NCBI GenBank assembly: GCA_965219135.1
Contig: CBDCMV010000003.1
Location: 1,695,980-1,759,979, forward strand
Length of the DNA stretch: 64,000 bases
Reading direction: 5' to 3'
Origin: Alphaproteobacteria bacterium
GTDB taxonomy: Bacteria; Pseudomonadota; Alphaproteobacteria; VGEJ01
A model generated the notes under the pieces. It was not told the DNA's origin and made no database searches. It saw nothing but the letters and a program-made list of their open reading frames with translations. The translations under genes and the position numbers were made by a program. Positions 35,802-46,850 of the stretch are shown here, one piece after another (position 1 is the stretch's first letter; every line of letters begins with the position of its first letter).

Positions 35802-36826
35802 CCGCGCCGCGCCAGCCAGGTGTTCAATGCCACGGCGACGATGACGATCGTGCCCACGAATACCTCGAAATAATAGCCGGGCGCACGGATGAGGAGCAGG
35901 ATATCCTGGATCGTGTAGATGAAGGCCGCGCCCAGCACGATCCCCAGGATCGATCCACGCCCGCCGAACAGAAACAGTCCGCCGACCACGCAGACGGCGA
36001 TGGCTTGAAGCTCGAGCGTGAAGCCTTGTACCGGCGATACCGAGTTCACGCGTATGGCGGTGAAGATGCCCGAGACCGCGGCCGCGACCGCGCAAATCAC
36101 GAACGCGATGAGCTTGACCCGAGTGACATCGATCCCGACCGAGATCGCAGCCTCCTTGTTGCCGCCGACCGCGAACATTTGGTTACCAACGCGGTGGCGG
36201 TTGAGCAGGACATAGGCAGCCACCGCGAAGCCGATCAACCACAAAATCTGGGCTGACAGAACACCGCTTATCGAGCCGGTCAGAAGATTCTCGGTGATAT
36301 CTCCGGGGTAGAAGGACTGGGGCTGGAGGTCTGAAACCCACCGTATGCCTCCGCGTAACACCAGCAACATCCCGAGGGTGGTGATGAACGAGGGGATTTC
36401 AAACCGTAGCGTGACGAAAGCATTGATCAAGGCCACCCCGGCGGCCGCCACGACCGCCAAAAGCATCGCCAACCCCAACGGCCAACCCGTTCCGTCGAGA
36501 AACGCGATCGCCATCATCATCGGTCCGAACGTGTAAACCGCCCCTACCGAGAGGTCGAACTCGCCCGAGATCATCAAGACGCCCACGCCGAGCGACATGA
36601 TCCCAAGCAAGGGGATCGCCTTGAACATGACGATGACGTTCTCTTTGCTGAGAAAGGCGAACGTATCAGGGTAGATAAGCCCGAAAATCGCGCATAGCGC
36701 GAGCGTGACGAGATAGATGACGAGGATCGGACCGGCCGGATGGCGTTTGAGCCTCTGCCAGGCGTCTGCATGGCCTCGGTGTCTTGCTTCGGGCGCGACG
36801 GCGGGTTCGGAGTCGAGCGCCGTCAT
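35798..36826 (-). CDS. Sugar ABC transporter permease 1 (RbsC-like)
   Basis: Same motifs (GEFDLSVG, IPSFITTLG, ELQAIAVCVVGG). Confidence 0.9.
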   Translation of the reverse strand: MTALDSEPAVAPEARHRGHADAWQRLKRHPAGPILVIYLVTLALCAIFGLIYPDTFAFLSKENVIVMFKAIPLLGIMSLGVGVLMISGEFDLSVGAVYTFGPMMMAIAFLDGTGWPLGLAMLLAVVAAAGVALINAFVTLRFEIPSFITTLGMLLVLRGGIRWVSDLQPQSFYPGDITENLLTGSISGVLSAQILWLIGFAVAAYVLLNRHRVGNQMFAVGGNKEAAISVGIDVTRVKLIAFVICAVAAAVSGIFTAIRVNSVSPVQGFTLELQAIAVCVVGGLFLFGGRGSILGIVLGAAFIYTIQDILLLIRAPGYYFEVFVGTIVIVAVALNTWLARRG

Positions 36827-36957
36827 GCCCCGCTCGCCTTCGCGGAACGGCGAAGCGCACAAAGTGAATGGCGCGACCGCCGGGCGGGCGGGCGCGCCAT
36901 CACTGCGCCGATGTGACCGGTGATCGGGTCACAAATCGCCCATACGTCGACTACTTG

Positions 36958-37920
36958 CTAACGATAGGTTCCTGCCAGCTCCGAGACGAACTCGGCGTTG
37001 GACCCATCGACGACCGCCAGACCGGTGTTGAAGTCGGCGGGATGGAGCCCATAGCGCTTGAAGTTCGCCAGGAACAGGATCGGCAGGAAACCCTGATAAT
37101 AGGGCTGCTGATCGATCGTCGCCTCGGTCTTCCCGGCCATGATGTTGCGCATGACGATCTCGTTGATGTCGAATCCACCGTTGGGAATTTCCATGCCAGC
37201 CTCTTCGATGGCCGCCGGCGCCTGGGCGGTTGGCGTGCCGCCCATTGAGATCACTGCGTCGGTCTCGGGATGGCCAACCAGGTACTGGGCGATCGATGTC
37301 CGCGCCTCTTCCATCACCACGCCGGTCCCGAACATTTCAGAGGTCGCCCCCACTTCATCGATGGCCCGCTTTACGCCCTCATAGCGCTTGACCGCGTAAG
37401 TGAGGTCGGGCAGCTCGACCGGGGCGGCGACGTGATCGCCGGCCTTGATGCCCCAGCGTTCCACGAGCAACTTTGCGATCGCATAACCCGATGCCGGGAA
37501 GTCCTGGCCGATGAAGCCCATCGACTCGGTGGCGGCGGTCCCGCCCGGGTCATCGATGTTGAATACCACGACCCCCATCCCCGCGGCGCGGGCCTTGGCG
37601 ACGTTTTCCGTAAACGCATCGGGGGTATAGATGGCGATGGCGATACCGTCGACCTTGTTGGCGATGGCGGTCTCGATGATATTGTTCTGCTTTATCGGAT
37701 CTTGATCGCCGTACTGGATGTCGATGTTGACTCCCAAGAGCTCGGCCGCTTCATTGGCACCCCTGATCGCGGGTTCCCAGAAGACGTTCCCCACCTTGGT
37801 GTATAGGACGTACGTGATGTCGACCTCGTCATTGTCCATCCGGGCCATGCTGGGCTGAGCTAGTGCCAGCGCCAGCAGCCCGGCGGCTACGGCGACCGTA
37901 ATTCGACGTAATGAACTCAT
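36958..37920 (-). CDS. Sugar ABC transporter periplasmic binding protein (RbsB/LacI fold)
   Basis: Signal peptide, FW..RGA..AA, VDGIAI, FIGQD, GFD, TIDQQPYYQG; GGAGGA RBS. Confidence 0.92.
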   Translation of the reverse strand: MSSLRRITVAVAAGLLALALAQPSMARMDNDEVDITYVLYTKVGNVFWEPAIRGANEAAELLGVNIDIQYGDQDPIKQNNIIETAIANKVDGIAIAIYTPDAFTENVAKARAAGMGVVVFNIDDPGGTAATESMGFIGQDFPASGYAIAKLLVERWGIKAGDHVAAPVELPDLTYAVKRYEGVKRAIDEVGATSEMFGTGVVMEEARTSIAQYLVGHPETDAVISMGGTPTAQAPAAIEEAGMEIPNGGFDINEIVMRNIMAGKTEATIDQQPYYQGFLPILFLANFKRYGLHPADFNTGLAVVDGSNAEFVSELAGTYR

Positions 37921-38000
37921 GATCTTCCTCCGTCAGTTCGTCGCCCACTAGACGTGAGCTGACATATGGAATGCGGCGCGTGTTATTTCAATTTTGCGCG

Positions 38001-38029
38001 AGAGTGCCCGGCGTCTGAACGCTTGTCAA
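38001..38029 (-). promoter_or_regulatory. Possible sigma70 promoter of the ABC operon
   Basis: TTGACA, 17-nt spacer, CACTCT on the minus strand about 80 nt before the binding-protein start. Confidence 0.35.
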
Positions 38030-38059
38030 GAAACCGAAACCGCTGGTAGTGGGTCAGTC

Positions 38060-38245
38060 GGCACGTAGTGCCACGGATCGTAGGCGATCTGGCCGCGCCC
38101 GAAGCTGCGGGGATGCTCGGCGACGATCTCGCCGTCCTGGCGGATGGCGATCCGATCGGCATAGGCCCGCACGTCCACCGGCCGCCCCACCGCGCGTGCC
38201 GCGACGCTGTTACTGGTTGTTGTCGAAGCGCACCAGACAGGTCTT
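38060..38245 (-). pseudogene. IS21-family IstA fragment
   Basis: Minus-strand translation LVRFDNN..SV..RAVGRPV.VRAYADRI.IRQDGEIVAEHPRSFGRGQ..YDPWHYVP. Confidence 0.75.
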
Positions 38246-38827
38246 GGAAACCGCTACCTCAGCAGCCCGTTGATTAAGTGGCTTTTTCCGGCTCTCACTC
38301 CCAGATGAGGAATGCGGCGGCGAAAGCCGTCTGGCCGCTTTGCGAGACCCCCCGTGCCACCAGCATGGCCCCGGTGGGCGTGAGCAGAACGAAAACCACG
38401 GTCTCCCGCGGGGTGCCGGCGCCGATGAGCTGGCGCATCAGTAACGAATAGATTGTGGCCGGCGACGTGGACGGCGCCGACTTAATCAACGGGCTGTCGC
38501 GGGTGATCTTCACTTCGTCGAGGGAGGCGCGCCGGGGCGGTTTCTTTCGCATGAACGGCACCGCAGGTCGTACATGGTTGGGATGGACAGGCCGTCCGTC
38601 CAGAATCCGGAGTAGCGTAGCTCGGGCCGGAACCGCAGGGAAGTACAGCGGTACAGCGGAGGTCACGTGCGCTTTGCATCTTTACCTTGAGGTGGCGATG
38701 CTCCCATTTTAGCTTGCTGCATTCGTTCAACTGCCACACGACAATCGCGGTCATCAACGGAACAACCGCGGGGATCGATGGAGCAACGATCGTCAACCGC
38801 TCGTGCATTTACCTTGGACTTCTGCGT

Positions 38828-39118
38828 TCACAGGTGACGCGGTGCATCCATTCTCGCGTGCAGGATACGAACAATTCGAACACCGCCTTTGTCCTTGGCA
38901 TAGAACACGGCATGCTCGCGGTGCTCGAAGCGCCGGAGACCCGGTGCGAGGGTTTCGGCGCTTCGGCCCAAACGCGGGTTCTCGGCGAGCTTGCGAAAGC
39001 ATGCTTCGAGATCGTCCCGATAGCGCCGTGCCTGTTCGATGCCGAAAGTCTCGATAGTGTAGTCGGCGATCCCGGCGAGGTCGGTCTCGGCCCGCGACGT
39101 GAGGCGATAGTCAGTCAC
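38828..39118 (-). CDS. ParE/RelE family toxin
   Basis: YRLTSRAETDL.GIADYT..FG.EQA..Y, NP.LGR, GLRRF..H..FY, IVRILHARMD. Confidence 0.9.
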   Translation of the reverse strand: MTDYRLTSRAETDLAGIADYTIETFGIEQARRYRDDLEACFRKLAENPRLGRSAETLAPGLRRFEHREHAVFYAKDKGGVRIVRILHARMDAPRHL

Positions 39119-39365
39119 GCGGCGCGCGGTAACGCTGCTCGGCCTCGGCCCAAACCTCCTTTACGGTCTTGTCGCTGACGACGCTCTCCAAACCGTCCTG
39201 GATCGCCTCCTTCAAGGCGCGGAACTGCGCGTTCTGTTCCTGGTCGCGGCGAATCAGGTCTCGGACATATTCGCTGTCGTTGCCGTACTCGCCGCTCTCT
39301 ATCTGCGCCCTGATCCATCGTTCCTGCCGGTCGGTCACGGTAATGCTCTTCTTGACCAATGCCAT
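39111..39365 (-). CDS. ParD family (ribbon-helix-helix) antitoxin
   Basis: KKSITVT..WI..QIESGEY.NDSEYVRDLIR..ALKEAI..GLES; overlaps the toxin start. Confidence 0.9.
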   Translation of the reverse strand: MALVKKSITVTDRQERWIRAQIESGEYGNDSEYVRDLIRRDQEQNAQFRALKEAIQDGLESVVSDKTVKEVWAEAEQRYRAPRD

Positions 39366-39396
39366 ATCCGCCTCCGCATCGAGATGCTAATATATA

Positions 39397-39417
39397 CGAT
39401 AATATCGGATAATATCG
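39397..39417. promoter_or_regulatory. Putative ParD operator
   Basis: Tandem GATAATATCG at 39398-39407 and 39408-39417, each a near-palindrome, about 30 nt upstream of the antitoxin start. Confidence 0.55.
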
Positions 39418-39849
39418 CCATCCACAACGGGCTTCCGCGCTCGCCAACCGATCCCGATCCCCCGCTTCGGCGCCAGGCCGAGCGATACCGACGCGGCCCG
39501 CATCCGGCCGGCGATGCTCTGCCCGAGCCGGCGTTCGAGCACCGGTTTCCAGGGAACGAGGGTGAACTCGCGGCCCTTCTCGCGATGACGGCGACCTTGC
39601 CGCTCGTATGCCGGACCGGGCGCCGGTAGACCCCTTCGATGCGCTCGCCGCCGTCGCGCTCGGCAAGGCCGGCCCGATCAGGTGGTTTCGGCGCCGGCGG
39701 AGCGCAGCCGCCGCGGCCTTGCCGAAACGCTCGCCGCAATCTGGTCCGCTCACGGGCCACGAGCTTACGGTCGAGGCAGGTCGCGCTTTCGGCCGTCACC
39801 TGGCTTTTAATGGACAGGAACGACAGCACGGTGACGCGGAGATGGCGCG

Positions 39850-40040
39850 CCTGCCGGTCGAACCCGTCCGGCGACAGCGCGCTGAATATCCCGGTCGTGG
39901 CATAAGGCTAGATCAGCACCGCTTCGCGGTCGGGTTCCGCCAGATACCGCGCCTCACTCGGATGCACCGCCCGCTCACCGAACTCGTGATGCGAACCGAT
40001 ATGATCGAAATGACTGTGGGTCGCGATCGCAAGCACGGGG
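39850..40040 (-). pseudogene. MBL-fold metallohydrolase remnant
   Basis: Minus strand LAIATHSHFDHIGSHHEF..RAVHPSEA (HxHxDH), followed by an in-frame stop. Confidence 0.65.
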
Positions 40041-41066
40041 CCGCCGCCGCAACGGAACCGCTCGTACCGACACTCGACGCCACACCGGTGAGACTTAAAC
40101 TCAATTGTTGTTCGGCGGCGTCGTTTGACCCCCCTGAATCGCTGCGAATCAACACCTTACCACGCCGATCGGCGTCCAAACTCCGCGCCGAACAACACCG
40201 AAGGAGCCATTCAAGCCGCGATCCGAGAGGGCAGACAACGCAGCAGGTGCGAAGATCAAAATGGGACCTTATCGACGCTCGAACCTCAACCGAACAGAGC
40301 CCCGTCCGATTGTTGTAAACCGGTTGCGCGTTGTCTCGCCCATGGGGTTCGGTAACTCCAGTACACACCAGCGGTCCGGTGAAAAAACATAAGGGACGTA
40401 AAGGATGCGGTACTGCCGACGACCATCCTTCGACGCGCCGCCGGCCACACGCAATTCGTTGGCGGTGAGTTCAAACCCCCCGCTGTCCTCCAGGGACGAT
40501 TTGACCTCGTAGAGCCATTCTGCTTGGGGCGTCGTCACCCGAAAATCGTATCCCGCCGAATCGTTGCCTTCATCGCCACCGAAGAAGTACGCCCGGTTCT
40601 CCGAGACCCAGCAACTCTCATCGACATATTCACTGTGGCGGCGGCGCAGGAACTGATAGGCAATCCACTCGCCGGCCAGGCCCATCGCCTGCCGTTGCGA
40701 ATCCGTCAGCTGCCGTTCGCGCCTGCGCGTCCCGCCACCTGTTCCCCCACCGCCTGCGCCGCCGCTCGGCTGGTCCGGGTTCTCGAACTCCACGAGGCGG
40801 GTCCGCTGCCGGCTTCGCTCGAACCAGGTCTCGTCGTTCGCCATAAAGTTGGCGGCCAATTCCTGGAGGTTTTCGGCAAACTTCGGATCGCCGGTGTCGA
40901 GCGAGGTTCCCGCGAACATAATGCTGCGCCGCCCGATCTCCCGTTGTTGGCGCTCACGCTCGCGACGCTTCTCTTCGGCCTCAACGTCGTCCCTGCTGAG
41001 CCCGAGTGCCTCACCGTCCAGGGTCTCAGGCATGCCATCCGGCCAGCAGGCGGCGCGATGGCAAAG

Positions 41067-42349
41067 TGACGTTGCTCCCGGATCCCGGACCAGGCGGTAA
41101 ATTGAATACCGACCTGGAGGGACGAGATGACAAAGCAGACGAGGCGGCGATTTTCGCCGGAATACAAGGAACAGTCGGTTGCCCGGCTGTCGGAGCCGGG
41201 TGCGACGCATAGCAGTGTGGCTGCCGAGCTCGGCGTCACGCCAACGCAGTTGAAGACCTGGCGGCTCGAGCTTGAGGCCGCGGGTTCGGCCGCGGCGACC
41301 GCGGCGCAGAAAGCCGAGGCCGCTGAACTGGTGCAGCTTCGCCGGGATAACAAGCGGCTGACGGAGGAGGTTGAGGTTCTACGCAAAGCCTCGGCTTTTT
41401 TCGCTCAATGGGCGGCGAAGACATGAAGACGAAGCACGCTTTCATCGCCGCCCATGCTTCAGAGCACGCCATCCGGTTCATGTGCCGGGTCCTGGGGGTT
41501 GCTCACAGCTGGTTCCACGCCCGGCGGCGTGCGGCCCCAAAGAGAGCTGAACGCGTTGCCCGGCGTGGCAGGCTCGGGTCCGAGATCCGGGAGATCTTCG
41601 AGCAGAGCAAGAGGTGCTACGGCGCGCCTCGGATCCATGCCGAGTTGAAAGCCCGCGGCTTTCGCACCTCGAAGCGCACGGTCGCCAAGCTCATGCGAGA
41701 GAACGGCATTCGTCCACCGCGAGGCAGGCGGCGGGCGCCGATCACCACCGACAGCCGCCACTCCCATGCGATCGCGCCCAATCTGCTCGACCGCAACTTC
41801 GAAGCCGTTGCGCCCGATGCGGTCTGGCTCGCTGACATCTCCTACATCACAACTGACGAAGGCTGGCTCTACCTCGCCGCCGTCAAGGATCTGGCCACGA
41901 TGGAGATCGTCGGCTGGTCGATGTCCGAGCGGCTGAAGAGCGTCCTGTGCGAGGAGGCGCTGAAGATGGCGATCCGCAGCCGCCGGTTGCCCATGGGGCT
42001 GATCCACCATTCCGACCGCGGTGTGCAATATGCCTGCGGTGACTACCGCAAACTGCTCCGCCTCCATGGCATCAAGGCCTCCATGAGCCGCAAGGGGAAT
42101 TGCCTCGACAACGCCCCTATGGAGAGCTTCTTTGGGTCTCTCAAGACCGAACTCGTGCACCGTACCCGGTTTTCTACCCGGCGCGAGGCCAGGGCTGCGC
42201 TATTCGAGTACATCGAGATCTTCTATAACCAACGACGGCGCCACTCGAGCATCGGCTACCGGACGCCGGCACAGGCCAGGAGGGACATGACCATCGCTCA
42301 GGCCGCATAGGTGAAGAACCACCTGGTCCGGATTTTGGGGTCAACGTCA
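41067..42349 (+). mobile_element. IS3-family element, copy 1 (orfA 41127..41426; orfB 41423..42310)
   Basis: TGACGTTG...CAACGTCA ends, target duplication AAG; WLADISY, HHSDRG.QY, CLDNAPMESFF. Confidence 0.95.
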
Positions 42350-42941
42350 AAGTGCGGGGATGTCCGCAGAGCCAATCAGCTCGAAATCGAGAAGCCCGCT
42401 GTTCTCCAGATACCGGACGACAGCCTGTGCCTCACCCTGCTGCCACGGCTCCGGCAACGCTACATCGTTTCGCTGGCACCACACGCCGACAACCGGCATG
42501 GCCACCAGCGCAAACTCACGGACAGCTTTGCGGTTCGTATCCACCGCACGCCTGAACGGTACCAACTCGACCGCAACGTCTTCGCCCAGCGTATCCGTCA
42601 AAAGGCCGAAGACATGTGGCCTGCTCCCGGGTCGAAATCCAGTCTGCATCGAACTCAAGGAATGCCAGGCTCTTTCGCTCTACGCAGGCTGCCAGATCGT
42701 GGCCGGCGCGGAAGTCGGCAGCGTGGTGGCGTCTTAGCCGGTCGATGATCGCCGGCCGCATCCGCCCAAGATAAGCATCGTACAGTTGCCGAAGCTCCGC
42801 TTCGTTGGACAATGGCGCTTCGCCCAGGTCCAACAGGACGCGGTTGAATCTCGTATAGTCCAATTCCAGCTGACTGCGCAGCTCAGTTCGGTTTGCCGTC
42901 TGCTCGCAGGCTTCGATCAGCTCATCCGGCGAGTATTCCTC

Positions 42942-44223
42942 TGACGTTGCTCCCGGATCCCGGACCAGGCGGTAAATTGAATACCGACCTGGAGGGACGA
43001 GATGACAAAGCAGACGAGGCGGCGATTTTCGCCGGAATACAAGGAACAGTGGTTGCCCGGCTGTCGGAGCCGGGTGCGACGCATAGCAGTGTGGCTGCCG
43101 AGCTCGGCGTCACGCCAACGCAGTTGAAGACCTGGCGGCTCGAGCTTGAGGCCGCGGGTTCGGCCGCGGCGACCGCGGCGCAGAAAGCCGAGGCCGCTGA
43201 ACTGGTGCAGCTTCGCCGGGATAACAAGCGGCTGACGGAGGAGGTTGAGGTTCTACGCAAAGCCTCGGCTTTTTTCGCTCAATGGGCGGCGAAGACATGA
43301 AGACGAAGCACGCTTTCATCGCCGCCCATGCTTCAGAGCACGCCATCCGGTTCATGTGCCGGGTCCTGGGGGTTGCTCACAGCTGGTTCCACGCCCGGCG
43401 GCGTGCGGCCCCAAAGAGAGCTGAACGCGTTGCCCGGCGTGGCAGGCTCGGGTCCGAGATCCGGGAGATCTTCGAGCAGAGCAAGAGGTGCTACGGCGCG
43501 CCTCGGATCCATGCCGAGTTGAAAGCCCGCGGCTTTCGCACCTCGAAGCGCACGGTCGCCAAGCTCATGCGAGAGAACGGCATTCGTCCACCGCGAGGCA
43601 GGCGGCGGGCGCCGATCACCACCGACAGCCGCCACTCCCATGCGATCGCGCCCAATCTGCTCGACCGCAACTTCGAAGCCGTTGCGCCCGATGCGGTCTG
43701 GCTCGCTGACATCTCCTACATCACAACTGACGAAGGCTGGCTCTACCTCGCCGCCGTCAAGGATCTGGCCACGATGGAGATCGTCGGCTGGTCGATGTCC
43801 GAGCGGCTGAAGAGCGTCCTGTGCGAGGAGGCGCTGAAGATGGCGATCCGCAGCCGCCGGTTGCCCATGGGGCTGATCCACCATTCCGACCGCGGTGTGC
43901 AATATGCCTGCGGTGACTACCGCAAACTGCTCCGCCTCCATGGCATCAAGGCCTCCATGAGCCGCAAGGGGAATTGCCTCGACAACGCCCCTATGGAGAG
44001 CTTCTTTGGGTCTCTCAAGACCGAACTCGTGCACCGTACCCGGTTTTCTACCCGGCGCGAGGCCAGGGCTGCGCTATTCGAGTACATCGAGATCTTCTAT
44101 AACCAACGACGGCGCCACTCGAGCATCGGCTACCGGACGCCGGCACAGGCCAGGAGGGACATGACCATCGCTCAGGCCGCATAGGTGAAGAACCACCTGG
44201 TCCGGATTTTGGGGTCAACGTCA
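42942..44223 (+). mobile_element. IS3-family element, copy 2 (1-bp deletion in orfA)
   Basis: Same ends, target duplication CCTC; AACAGTGGTTG versus AACAGTCGGTTG in the other copies. Confidence 0.95.
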
Positions 44224-44444
44224 CCTCATCGGCCAGATGCAACTCCAGCCACTTGCGTGCGTCGAATCTGTTGCCGGCGCGATCAACGTCACTCAAAATC
44301 TGACGCGAAAGCTCCGGGCCGCCATAGTAGCCGACCACCGGTATCAGCAGCTGCAGGATGTGCTCCAGATCAGTTCGCAGGGCGGCGCGAAGATCCTGAA
44401 CCGTCTGCACATCGCTGCGGACTTCAGAAACGCGGCGCGGAGTG

Positions 44445-44940
44445 TGGAACTCGCATTGTTTGTCGGAACTTCCTTAAGAGATCCCGACATTTTGGATATT
44501 TTCGAACAATGTAGAAGACGTATACCGACCTACATTATAGGAGTGGAGCTCGAAAGTAGAATCTATGAATGTATCAGTCAAGACAAGATAATAGTACAAA
44601 CGACTAGCGAGTTTGCTATTTCGTCGTTTCCTAGATTTCTGCAGGAAGCAAACATTCGATATCTTCGACGCGTATATGCGAGGCGATCGAAGAATTGGCT
44701 GAACATGATGTATCGGTTGATTTGGGTTTTTTAAGGCCACTGCTAATGCACAACGAGCCTATGGTGCGGAATTACGCATTGTCGATTGTGCCGAAGTCGC
44801 TAGATCGAAGAGAAGGATTGGCTTTGGCGGAGAAATTGGCCGGAGAAAATCCGGGTGGATCGTTCGCGGAAGAGCTCAAAATGCTCCGAGTGATGACGAG
44901 GGGCGAGCAAGAAGAATGTTCAGGGGTGAGCGGTTCGTGA
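44445..44940 (+). pseudogene. Low-GC gene fragment with a SIR2-like motif, frameshifted
   Basis: LALFVGTSLRDPDI resembles the SIR2_2 lFiGySl.Dp.i motif; continues in another frame to 44940; visibly AT-richer than its flanks. Confidence 0.4.
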
Positions 44941-45067
44941 ACTGAAACCCAAGGTTAATTTGAAGGCAGAGAGGGTAGAGAATTGGGGCAGGCCGTAACC
45001 AGGACCGGGGAAGGGTTGCTCCGGAATGCCTCGGTTTTTGCAGATAGAGCGAAGAAATGAGCAATAC

Positions 45068-45214
45068 CACTGGGTTACCGCCCACCGGCCTCGGAGACGG
45101 CCATCATGCCAAGCTGGCCACCCAGCTGCGCTCCGCTCCGCCGTACGGCCAGCTTAGCGGAGAAATCTCAATGCACTAACATTAGAAATGGACCAGTCAG
45201 TGGGGGCCGGTCAG
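45068..45214 (+). mobile_element. IS3-family right-end remnant
   Basis: LGYRPPASET.. tail followed by TGGACCAGTCAGTGGGGGCCGGTCA, similar to the right IR at 18001-18026. Confidence 0.6.
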
Positions 45215-45350
45215 TTCCCTTCGCGCTTTTCAAGGAGCCAAGAGGGGAATGGCAACCGCCTGTAGACCTCGTGCTGCTATGCCCAAGAGGCTGTTGAGGG
45301 TAGTGATCATGGGCTCAGCGCTCTATTTCGGCCCGCACAACGGCGCAGAG

Positions 45351-46633
45351 TGACGTTGCTCCCGGATCCCGGACCAGGCGGTAAATTGAATACCGACCTG
45401 GAGGGACGAGATGACAAAGCAGACGAGGCGGCGATTTTCGCCGGAATACAAGGAACAGTCGGTTGCCCGGCTGTCGGAGCCGGGTGCGACGCATAGCAGT
45501 GTGGCTGCCGAGCTCGGCGTCACGCCAACGCAGTTGAAGACCTGGCGGCTCGAGCTTGAGGCCGCGGGTTCGGCCGCGGCGACCGCGGCGCAGAAAGCCG
45601 AGGCCGCTGAACTGGTGCAGCTTCGCCGGGATAACAAGCGGCTGACGGAGGAGGTTGAGGTTCTACGCAAAGCCTCGGCTTTTTTCGCTCAATGGGCGGC
45701 GAAGACATGAAGACGAAGCACGCTTTCATCGCCGCCCATGCTTCAGAGCACGCCATCCGGTTCATGTGCCGGGTCCTGGGGGTTGCTCACAGCTGGTTCC
45801 ACGCCCGGCGGCGTGCGGCCCCAAAGAGAGCTGAACGCGTTGCCCGGCGTGGCAGGCTCGGGTCCGAGATCCGGGAGATCTTCGAGCAGAGCAAGAGGTG
45901 CTACGGCGCGCCTCGGATCCATGCCGAGTTGAAAGCCCGCGGCTTTCGCACCTCGAAGCGCACGGTCGCCAAGCTCATGCGAGAGAACGGCATTCGTCCA
46001 CCGCGAGGCAGGCGGCGGGCGCCGATCACCACCGACAGCCGCCACTCCCATGCGATCGCGCCCAATCTGCTCGACCGCAACTTCGAAGCCGTTGCGCCCG
46101 ATGCGGTCTGGCTCGCTGACATCTCCTACATCACAACTGACGAAGGCTGGCTCTACCTCGCCGCCGTCAAGGATCTGGCCACGATGGAGATCGTCGGCTG
46201 GTCGATGTCCGAGCGGCTGAAGAGCGTCCTGTGCGAGGAGGCGCTGAAGATGGCGATCCGCAGCCGCCGGTTGCCCATGGGGCTGATCCACCATTCCGAC
46301 CGCGGTGTGCAATATGCCTGCGGTGACTACCGCAAACTGCTCCGCCTCCATGGCATCAAGGCCTCCATGAGCCGCAAGGGGAATTGCCTCGACAACGCCC
46401 CTATGGAGAGCTTCTTTGGGTCTCTCAAGACCGAACTCGTGCACCGTACCCGGTTTTCTACCCGGCGCGAGGCCAGGGCTGCGCTATTCGAGTACATCGA
46501 GATCTTCTATAACCAACGACGGCGCCACTCGAGCATCGGCTACCGGACGCCGGCACAGGCCAGGAGGGACATGACCATCGCTCAGGCCGCATAGGTGAAG
46601 AACCACCTGGTCCGGATTTTGGGGTCAACGTCA
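45351..46633 (+). mobile_element. IS3-family element, copy 3
   Basis: Same sequence as copy 1, target duplication GAG. Confidence 0.95.
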
Positions 46634-46643
46634 GAGTCCTACA

Positions 46644-46850
46644 GGGCACCTCTAAGAATTCTCCTTTTTCGGGCGTCGTCGATTTAGAATCGGGTTGCCG
46701 ATTTGTTGATAGCGGGAGGCGTGGTTGATGTGTCAGATGGGGTTTTTCGATCTTGGGAACCGGTATTCCGGTCTTGACGCCAAGAACGAGCCGCTTTTGA
46801 AGATCGACGGGGTGGTTCCGTGGGAAGACTTGCGCGCGCGTCTTGAGGCG
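46644..46850 (+). mobile_element. IS5-family left-end fragment
   Basis: Matches 29061..about 29268, then diverges. Confidence 0.88.

Larger units (their letters stand above)
40269..44440 (-). pseudogene. Large DUF3883 (NO VEIN C-terminal nuclease-like) protein, split by two IS3 copies and 5'-truncated
   Basis: C-terminal G.AGE..AY..L...WVS...GYDF..YEVKS...FELTANE; the frame rejoins across both IS copies once the duplications are removed. Confidence 0.8.

Noticed and set aside
38270-38820. Short ORFs between the IS21 remnant and parE
   Set aside because: No consistent frame or recognisable motif; treated as debris
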